From Polyangiaceae bacterium (lineage in GTDB: Bacteria > Myxococcota_A > Polyangia > Polyangiales > Polyangiaceae), in NCBI GenBank assembly GCA_044222475.1, contig JBGANF010000038.1, forward strand, positions 1-62,806: a stretch of 62,806 nucleotides of DNA, read 5' to 3'. The first letter of the stretch is position 1, and each line of letters starts with the position of its first letter. The notes beneath the pieces were generated by a model. That model was not told where the DNA came from. It saw only the letters and a list, made by a program, of their open reading frames with translations, and ran no database searches. Shown here piece by piece: positions 56,117 to 62,806 of this stretch. The position numbers were made by a program, and so were the translations under genes.

Positions 56117-56931
56117 AGCTCCACGGGATCTGGGGGCGCCCCTTCGTCGACATGACGCCGTTCATCGACGCGTCGCGATTCGCCGAGCTCGACGACGAGG
56201 TGACGCTGGGCCTCGCGCGCGTGGAGACCTCGTTCACGGGAGGTACGCTCCAGTGGATGGGCGTGACGGCGCCGTGGGTGCGGGAAGCCGGCTACGTCGA
56301 CGTCATGGACGTCATCCCCCGGTTCTCTCGCGAGGAGTTCGAGCGCTTCGCCGCGTTGGGCGACGAGCGCGAGCGGCTCGACCCCGACAAGCGTGCAGAA
56401 TACACGTTCGGCGACGAGACCGACCACCCGCTGACGCTCGCCCAGATGAAGTACCTGAAGGTGCGCCACCGCGTGTACTTCCCGTGGCTCTGCTACCACT
56501 TCCTCGAGAACGATCGCTGGGAGGACAAGCACTCGGGCGAGGGCAAGGACTTCGACGAAGAGGCGCGGCTCGTGTTCCCGAAGACGGTCGCGTTCATCGA
56601 AGAGCTGCCCTTCGTGGAGATCGGTCGGGTCGTGCTCTTCGGCGTCGAGGCGAACGATCACGCGCCGGATCATCGCGACAGCGAACCGGGTCGCGAGCTC
56701 ACCATCGCGCACTCGATGACGCTCGACTTCCGCGGCGACAAGGGGCTGACGCTCACCGATCCGACGCGCACGGAGCGCGTGCGCATCGACACGCGCGCGT
56801 ATTGGTTCAACGACATGGACTACCACGGTGTCACGCCGGCTCCGTTCTTCCGCTACTCGATCCGGATCGACGGCGTGTACGAGCCCGAGTTCCTCGCGCG
56901 GGTGGAGCGCTCGTGTCGAGGAAGCCGATGA
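56113..56931 (+). CDS. Hypothetical protein, putative non-heme Fe(II) oxygenase (cupin/2OG-like)
   Basis: HRD...YWFNDMDYHGV...YSIRIDG fits an HxD...H facial triad; ATGA-coupled. Confidence 0.55.
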   Translation: MKLHGIWGRPFVDMTPFIDASRFAELDDEVTLGLARVETSFTGGTLQWMGVTAPWVREAGYVDVMDVIPRFSREEFERFAALGDERERLDPDKRAEYTFGDETDHPLTLAQMKYLKVRHRVYFPWLCYHFLENDRWEDKHSGEGKDFDEEARLVFPKTVAFIEELPFVEIGRVVLFGVEANDHAPDHRDSEPGRELTIAHSMTLDFRGDKGLTLTDPTRTERVRIDTRAYWFNDMDYHGVTPAPFFRYSIRIDGVYEPEFLARVERSCRGSR

Positions 56932-57941
56932 CGCCGACGAAGCCGCCGCTTCTCTGTGTGTTCTGCGGCGCGGAGACCGTGGCCAAGGAGCCTTGTCCGA
57001 AGTGCGGGAGGCCGAACGTCCCGGGAGATTGGACCGAGGTTCCGCGCGGAGCGAACGCTCGCGCCGTCGCGGTCGCGACGCTCGTCCTGCTCCTCGGACC
57101 GTGGTGCATCCCCGTCGCGTGGACCGTAGGAGGCATCTCGCTGCTGTTGCACGTCGCAGGGGTGGACCTGTCGATCGTGAAGGTGTCCGGAGACGAGATG
57201 CCTCGCGGCGGGATGATCGCGCTCGGTCTCTTGATGCCGGCGCTCGCGGTCATCGTCGTTCTCGTCTTGCGCGACCTCACGGCGAAGGTGATCGGCGATC
57301 TCCTCGACACGGATTGGCACTTTCGTCCCACCCACCCGGCGATCACCATGCTCGCGACCACGCGCGGACCGAAGCTGCGGAGCGCGCGAGGAAGCGCGAC
57401 GTTCTGCGAGGGCGAGCCCGCGCTCGGCGCGGACGTGACCGCGGGCGACGTCGCGAGCGCGGGCGCTGCGGAGGTGGCGCGCATCCTCGGCCGAGACGAG
57501 CGCGACGTGCTCTTCGCCGCCGCGCTCGCGGGCATGATCGGGCGCGGCGAGATCGCCGTTCGACGCTCGCGCACCTCGCGGTGGGACCTCGGAGGCGCCC
57601 CCGCCGAGCACACGGGGTGGGACGTGCGGGTGGTCCGTGCGCCAGAGAAGGCCGGCGCCACGGAGGCGAAGCTCGCCGCTGCGGTGGAGCAGGTGCGAGA
57701 CGCGTCGGCGGAAGCGACGATCGCGCCGGGGTATCGGGAGACCGCGGCCACGCCCCTCGCGCTCGGGAGCAGCCCCCTCCTCGACGTCCATCGGCACGCC
57801 TACGGGACGACCGAGGACGCGCCACGTCGCGAGGGTGCCAGCGCCGAAGAGGTCGCGAAACGACTCGGAGATTGGGCGAAATCCGAGCCGGAGCTCGAAC
57901 GAAAGATCGTGGAGATGGGCGAAGGGCAGCGCCCCGATTGA
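56928..57941 (+). CDS. Zinc-ribbon membrane protein
   Basis: CVFCG...CPKCG followed by two hydrophobic segments. Confidence 0.6.
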   Translation: MTPTKPPLLCVFCGAETVAKEPCPKCGRPNVPGDWTEVPRGANARAVAVATLVLLLGPWCIPVAWTVGGISLLLHVAGVDLSIVKVSGDEMPRGGMIALGLLMPALAVIVVLVLRDLTAKVIGDLLDTDWHFRPTHPAITMLATTRGPKLRSARGSATFCEGEPALGADVTAGDVASAGAAEVARILGRDERDVLFAAALAGMIGRGEIAVRRSRTSRWDLGGAPAEHTGWDVRVVRAPEKAGATEAKLAAAVEQVRDASAEATIAPGYRETAATPLALGSSPLLDVHRHAYGTTEDAPRREGASAEEVAKRLGDWAKSEPELERKIVEMGEGQRPD

Positions 57942-57970
57942 GCTTCGAGAAATGGTGGTACGCTCGGGGG

Positions 57971-58198
57971 ATGGAACCGCTCGACTCCACGCGCAAGCTC
58001 TTCCACGTCATCGTCGTTCTCGGAATGGGCACCGCGGCCGGCGTCGCCGGTTGTTCGAGCGACACGACCACCGAGAAGGACGCCGCCGTCACCCCGCAAG
58101 ACGCCGCGAAGGACACGAGCGCCACCGTGGACGCGGCGCCGAAGCCGGACGGCAACACCACGGCCGACGCGTGCGCCGGCTGGGCGCCCTGCTGCTGA
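57971..58198 (+). CDS. 75-aa lipoprotein-like peptide ending CAGWAPCC (candidate RiPP precursor)
   Basis: KLFHVIVVLG..VAGC signal, DAA-rich linker, Cys/Trp C-terminus; 3 nt from next gene. Confidence 0.7.
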   Translation: MEPLDSTRKLFHVIVVLGMGTAAGVAGCSSDTTTEKDAAVTPQDAAKDTSATVDAAPKPDGNTTADACAGWAPCC

Positions 58199-58201
58199 GA
58201 C

Positions 58202-59002
58202 GTGCACCGTCAGGGAGGGAAGTCGTGGTGGGCGAAAGCCGCGCCTGATGCGCCGTCGATCGCCGATGTCGCCGATCCCGAGATCGACGCGCTGACGTCC
58301 GACGACCGCGCCACCATCGCCGCGATTTGGCAGAAGCGCGGCGGGCTCGAGCTGCGGGTCGCCGCCGGGTTCTCGGCGCTCGGTCTCGAGCTGTTCGAGT
58401 TCGGCGCCGATCCCGGCGTCTACGAGATCGTGAGCCAAGCCGTTCGCGACGAGGTTCACCACGCCCAGATCAGCGTCGAGCTCGCGGCGAGGTATCGCGG
58501 CGACGCCGTGAAGTGGCCCGAGCCCGAGCCGACGCACATCCCGCCGTTCTCACCAGCGAAGGGCCCGATGCACGCGACGCTCTACGTCATCGCGATGTGC
58601 TGCATCAACGAGACGGTCGCGTGCGGCGTGCTCGAGGCTGCGCTCGGACAGGCGAAGAGTCCCCTGGTGCGCGCGGCGCTCGGTACGATCCTCGCGGACG
58701 AGATCGATCACGCGCGCGCCGGATGGGCGCACCTCGGGTCGCGTTGGGTGTCGGCTCAGATGCGGAGCGCGCTCCCCGAGTGGCTGCGACACCTGCACGC
58801 GGCAAAGCTGCGCGAGCTCGTCGAGGACGAAGCGCCGCTGCCGGGCGAAGCGTTCCCCACGCACGGCCTCCTGTCGCGCGCGCGCTCGCGTGACGTCGTG
58901 TGGGATACGCTCGACGGCGTGATTTTCCCTGGATTTCGTCGCGCGGGGATCGACACCGAGCTCGTCGAGGAGTGGGCTCGCGGCGCGTTCAACCGATCCT
59001 GA
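58202..59002 (+). CDS. Ferritin-like diiron domain protein
   Basis: E...DEVHHA...CINET...DEIDHA twin ExxH motifs. Confidence 0.8.
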   Translation: MHRQGGKSWWAKAAPDAPSIADVADPEIDALTSDDRATIAAIWQKRGGLELRVAAGFSALGLELFEFGADPGVYEIVSQAVRDEVHHAQISVELAARYRGDAVKWPEPEPTHIPPFSPAKGPMHATLYVIAMCCINETVACGVLEAALGQAKSPLVRAALGTILADEIDHARAGWAHLGSRWVSAQMRSALPEWLRHLHAAKLRELVEDEAPLPGEAFPTHGLLSRARSRDVVWDTLDGVIFPGFRRAGIDTELVEEWARGAFNRS

Positions 59003-60212
59003 CCGGGACGCTCAGCGCTCGCGTGTCGGTAGCGCCGACCTGCTCGCGCACGTAGATGCCCGAGGCCTCGCCGCCGACGAGGAACACCCCGTAGTTCGTC
59101 GTCTCGCCCTTGGCGCCGCGGAGGGCGTCGAAGTATCGCTGCCCGATGAAGCGCGTTCGCTTCGCGGTGGCGAGCGCTCGCTTCCAGTCGCGCGGGTTCG
59201 TCTCGCGCCCGATCACGACCTCGTCGCCTTCGGCGCCGTAGTCGCTCTTCAGCACCCAGTCGTCCTTCTGGGCGAGGAGCTGCTCGTCGTGGAGGGTCTC
59301 CATGCGCGCGGTGAAGGGGACGTGCTTCTCGATCACGCTCTGTGCGCGAGGCGAGAACCGGTGGATGTGCTCCCACATGAACGCCATCGCGCGCTTGTTC
59401 TGCGGCAGCACGGCGCCGAACGGGTTGATCACGCACGCGGAGCCCTCGGCGAGCGCCTCGAAGACGGCCGCGAGCGGCTCGGCGAGCGGAGCCGCGTCGG
59501 CGATGAGATCGTCGGTCCACACCGCCGAGCGCTCGCCCCACCAATCGGTCTTGTAGTGGCGCAGGACGACGTCGACCGGCTCGCCGAAGATCGTCAGTCG
59601 CCCTCGCTCGAAGCGCAGGTTGTACGGCGACCCGAGCAGAACGCGATCGCCGCGAGCCTCGACCCACGATCGATACAGGCGCACGAGCGAGAGATCCTCG
59701 GTGAGCTCCGTCGGGTACACGATCGCGAACGTCCGCTTCGACGGCGGGTCGGCGAGCTCGCTCGCGGCGATGCGATCCACCATGGCGAGGAAGCGGTCTC
59801 GGAGGGTGCGGTTCGGATCGGCGTCGCCTTGCAGGCGTCCGAGCACCACGGCCTCGGCTTCGCCGGTGGGCGTGTCGCAGTTCAGCTCCGCGATGCACGG
59901 TCCTTCGGCGGTGAGGAACACGTCGGCGCGCGCGATGCCGTGCCACGCCGGCTGCGATGCGAGCCACATCGTCGTCTGCGTGGGGGTGAGGGCGAAGAAC
60001 TCGGCGAGGAGCGCGGGCTCGTCGGCCACGTGGAGCGTGAGCTCGTGGTAGACGGCGGCGACGTCCTCGGCGGTCTGGTAGAGCGCCGAGAGGGTGCCCT
60101 TCGAGAGCGCGAGCGGCTCGACGCGGAAGCGAGGCTCGCCGTCGATCCAGGGATCGGTGATGACCCCACTCTCGGTGATCTTCTTGGCGAGATCGTCGTA
60201 GGCGAGGGTCAT
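58989..60212 (-). CDS. Glutathionylspermidine synthase-like ATP-grasp protein
   Basis: ARADVF, ELNCDTPTG, WVLKSDYGAEG and QRYF motifs. Confidence 0.85.
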   Translation of the reverse strand: MTLAYDDLAKKITESGVITDPWIDGEPRFRVEPLALSKGTLSALYQTAEDVAAVYHELTLHVADEPALLAEFFALTPTQTTMWLASQPAWHGIARADVFLTAEGPCIAELNCDTPTGEAEAVVLGRLQGDADPNRTLRDRFLAMVDRIAASELADPPSKRTFAIVYPTELTEDLSLVRLYRSWVEARGDRVLLGSPYNLRFERGRLTIFGEPVDVVLRHYKTDWWGERSAVWTDDLIADAAPLAEPLAAVFEALAEGSACVINPFGAVLPQNKRAMAFMWEHIHRFSPRAQSVIEKHVPFTARMETLHDEQLLAQKDDWVLKSDYGAEGDEVVIGRETNPRDWKRALATAKRTRFIGQRYFDALRGAKGETTNYGVFLVGGEASGIYVREQVGATDTRALSVPVRIG

Positions 60213-61054
60213 GCGAAGCGCAGCGCGGCGAGCGCGGTCGCCACGTAAGTGAGCGCTTCGACCGAGGCCACGGTGACGTCGCGCTCGGCGGCGATCGCAA
60301 CGTCGAGTTGGCCTCCGCGCGCGCGTACGGGCGCACCGAGCACGAACGACTGCACGACGAGCTGGCGCATCGGGTAGAGCGCGACGCACCACCCGAGGCT
60401 CCGAGCGAACTCGACGAGGGACTCGTTCCAGGTCGTGAACTCGCCGGCCGTCGCGCGCGAGACGAAGAGCGCGAACGCGATCGCAGCGCCCCCGAAGCTG
60501 ATCGCAGCGGCGAGGTTCTCACCCGCGATCTGCTCGGCGTCGTCGTACGTCGTGAGCGCGCGAAACGCAGCGGTGAGGAGGTGCAGGGCGACGGTGGCGA
60601 GGAGAAAGAAGCCGACCGAGAGCCCGAGCTCGTGGACCCCTTCGCCAGCGATCGCCCCGGCGGTCACGATCCCGGTCGCGACGTAGAGGCACCCGGCGGC
60701 GACGCCGGCCGCGACGTTGCCGCTCTTGATCTCCTTGTCGAGGCGGCCGCGAAGAAGGAGCCGCACGCCGATCTCGCCGGAGACGAACAGGAGGACGAGC
60801 GCGGTGATGCCGTACGCGAAGGTCCACTTCGCGTCGGTCGCGACGTCACCCGAGCCGACGCCGTTTTCGACGGTGGACGACGCGACGAGGAACACCGCGA
60901 CGATCTGGCCGCCGAGGACGAACCGCTCGGCGCGGGTGGCGCGGGCGATCATCGGTCGGCGGTGCACGAGGCCGTAGAGCCCACGGAAGAGCACGAGCGC
61001 GATCATCGTGGTGATCGCGCCGAAGACGACGACGTAGGCGGGCGATTCCTCCAT
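60209..61054 (-). CDS. DUF350 family membrane protein
   Basis: Repeated EIKSGNVAAGV / QIAGENLAAAI motifs, multiple TM helices; coupled to the ATP-grasp gene. Confidence 0.8.
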   Translation of the reverse strand: MEESPAYVVVFGAITTMIALVLFRGLYGLVHRRPMIARATRAERFVLGGQIVAVFLVASSTVENGVGSGDVATDAKWTFAYGITALVLLFVSGEIGVRLLLRGRLDKEIKSGNVAAGVAAGCLYVATGIVTAGAIAGEGVHELGLSVGFFLLATVALHLLTAAFRALTTYDDAEQIAGENLAAAISFGGAAIAFALFVSRATAGEFTTWNESLVEFARSLGWCVALYPMRQLVVQSFVLGAPVRARGGQLDVAIAAERDVTVASVEALTYVATALAALRFA

Positions 61055-61124
61055 CGAGTGCGAGCGTACCAAAGGTGGGCGCCTGAGAGAGAGAGGACAG
61101 GAAGGGCGGAAGGACGGAAGCCGT

Positions 61125-61155
61125 GAAAGAGAATTTGGGGGGAAAGAGAATTTGG
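61125..61155 (+). repeat. 14-bp direct repeat in a purine-rich tract
   Basis: GAAAGAGAATTTGG at 61125 and 61142. Confidence 0.7.
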
Positions 61156-61199
61156 AGAGGGAGAGTTGGGTGCCCCCGACTCAATGCGTCGGCGACGCT

Positions 61200-61665
61200 C
61201 CCAGCCGTGCTCGGCCACGTGCTCGCATTTCGCCGCGCACACAGTCGTCCCGACGCGAACTCGGGATGCCGATGGCGCGGCGAAATGCTGCGCGCGTGGG
61301 CCTGCGCGCGGCTGGGCGCCCCCCAAATTCGCGCCGCAGGAGCGGCGCGAATGGGGGTCGCGATACGCGAGGCCGTGATGGCGTCCCCGGTGCTCGAGGT
61401 CATCGCGGCTGACCCGGTTCATTCGCTCGCGAAGGTGCCACGTCCCCTTGGCGCTCTCCGGCGCTCGGGACGGATCGCGCGAACGTCTCGACGCTACGAT
61501 CCATCGACTCCTTTGGCTCGCGCCACCGCGGCGCGTCTTCGCGAAGCGAGAAAGTCGTGCCGCGGGTCCACGACTCCCGTGACCACGCGCGCGGCCGTCG
61601 GGGCCGCGTCACGCCTTTCTCGCGGGGCGCTTCAACGCGCCGCGGTGGCGCGAGCCAAAGGAGTC
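61200..61665 (+). ncRNA. Candidate large structured RNA / hairpin array upstream of DUF559 gene
   Basis: Five adjacent stem-loops, including a perfect 14-bp stem (61225-38/61275-88) and a perfect 31-bp stem (61506-36/61635-65). Non-Watson-Crick positions often read as G-U on the + strand. Confidence 0.6.
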
Positions 61666-61670
61666 TCGTC

Positions 61671-62066
61671 ATGCCTCGTTCTCGTCTCGCCGTTCCTCTC
61701 ACCCACTACCGTCGCAATCACCAGCTCCAACACGCTCTCGAAATGCGTCGCCAGCCCACCCCTTCCGAAGCGGCGCTGTGGGCCATCCTCCGGCATCGGG
61801 ACGCTCTCGGCTTTCGCACGAAGCGGCAGTCGGTCATCGGTCGGTACGTCGCCGACTTCGTCGTTCCGTCGGTGCGGCTCGTCGTCGAAGTCGACGGCTC
61901 GGTACATCACGGCAGGGAGCTCGCGGATGCGCGTCGGTCGGCGGACCTGGAGCTCCTCGGGTACTCCGTCTTCAGGCTCACCGCGGGCGAGGTGATGCGC
62001 AGCCCGGGGCATGCCGCTGGGCGCGTCGCGGCCGAGGTCGCTCGGCTGCGCAGCCGCGGCGCGTAG
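61671..62066 (+). CDS. DUF559 / Vsr-like PD-(D/E)xK endonuclease
   Basis: MRRQPTPSEAALW, RQSVIGRYVADF, VVEVDGSVH and DARRSADLELLGYSVFRL motifs; RBS AAGGAG 61658-63. Confidence 0.9.
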   Translation: MPRSRLAVPLTHYRRNHQLQHALEMRRQPTPSEAALWAILRHRDALGFRTKRQSVIGRYVADFVVPSVRLVVEVDGSVHHGRELADARRSADLELLGYSVFRLTAGEVMRSPGHAAGRVAAEVARLRSRGA

Positions 62067-62307
62067 TGGTCGTTGGCCGCCGCATGACGACGTCAGCGCT
62101 GGAGCAGTGGAACGCCTTCCCGTGCGACGAGGCGGGCGTCGGTTGGAGGAGCTTGCTCGTGCTCGTACTTCGTACTCGGGCGAATGGAGTCGCCGACGCG
62201 CAAGCGCAATGGCCCGCGCCGCTCAATCGAGCCGAAGCTTGAAACCAGACTCGAACCGCCTATATGCTCGCGCTTCTGTGGGGATCCGGATAGGCCCCGA
62301 GGAGCAC

Positions 62308-62806
62308 ATGCGACGGGATCGTTTCTGGAGAATCGTTGCCGGCGGGGCTGCTGCGGGACTCGCCACAGGACAGTGGCGTCCGGCGTTGCGACCCTCTGAA
62401 GCCGTTTGGTGCGCCGGTAGCGCTCTCGAGCCTCAACAGCGCCAGCGACGAGCGCAACGTGACGCTCTCGGCCGACGAGTTGACCCTCTATTTGGTGCGG
62501 AAAGATGGGTCGGGTCAGGGCGACATCTGGGTCGCCACACGCGCGAACGTCAACGACGTGTTCTTGGCGCCGGCGCTCCTCGGTGGCGTCAACGGCCCCA
62601 GCGACGAGGGCAACGCGTCGATCACCGGCGACGGCAAGAACCTCGTCTTCCACTCGAACCGTGACGGCGGCGCCGGCCTGTATGATCTCTACGTCGCGAC
62701 GCGCGCGAATCCCCAAGCGCAGTTCACCCAGGTCGTCCCCATGATCGGTCTGAACGCGCCGAGCAACGAGTACCATCCCTTCGTTCTCCCGACCGGCAAG
62801 ACGCTC
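62308..62806 (+). pseudogene. PD40/WD40-like beta-propeller secreted protein, apparently frameshifted, 3'-truncated
   Basis: GAGGAG-ATG at 62308 gives MRRDRFWRIVAGGAAAGLA. The propeller body (CDPLKPFGAP, LSADELTLY, DIWVATR, DLYVATR) is in a different frame, closed upstream by TAG 62291-93. Confidence 0.6.

Noticed and set aside
61123..61995. 290-aa ORF and other ORFs across the hairpin region
   Set aside because: No recognisable motifs, Arg/Ala/Ser-rich, and overlaps DUF559 out of frame; base-pairing explains the region better.
61200..62066. Retron (a1/a2 repeats) or IS200/IS605 element
   Set aside because: No reverse transcriptase, TnpA or TnpB motifs in the window; only the DUF559 ORF.

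Overview
High-GC, gene-dense chromosomal segment. The Cys-rich 'DAG/DGG' lipoproteins, Ser/Thr kinase-lipoprotein-TPR trio and PilZ/TPR proteins suggest Myxococcota (Polyangiales-like); this is inference. It appears to lie at the replication origin. An oriC-like intergenic region (tandem DnaA-box-like 9-mers, trio-like tract, AT-rich element) directly precedes dnaN-recF-gyrB with no adjacent dnaA, and two parS palindromes lie about 13-14 kb away inside the bioF/bioD region. Housekeeping genes (bioD, bioF, zapA, aroKB, aroC, dapF, pyrH, KamA-family radical SAM, acyl-CoA carboxylase beta, tsaD) alternate with secreted/lipoprotein hypotheticals. The most striking unexplained feature is an about 480-nt non-coding run of five consecutive hairpins (61200-61665). 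Its last hairpin is a 160-nt rod with a perfect 31-bp stem that buries the RBS of a DUF559/Vsr-like endonuclease gene, making a candidate ncRNA-nuclease or mobile module. Also notable: a small lipoprotein-like peptide ending CAGWAPCC paired with a ferritin-like diiron protein (RiPP-like), a lipoprotein gene bracketed by about 44-bp inverted repeats, a REP-like repeat family, and two frameshifted genes. No rRNA, tRNA, CRISPR array or transposase was recognised. Calls come from motif recognition by eye; no searches were run.
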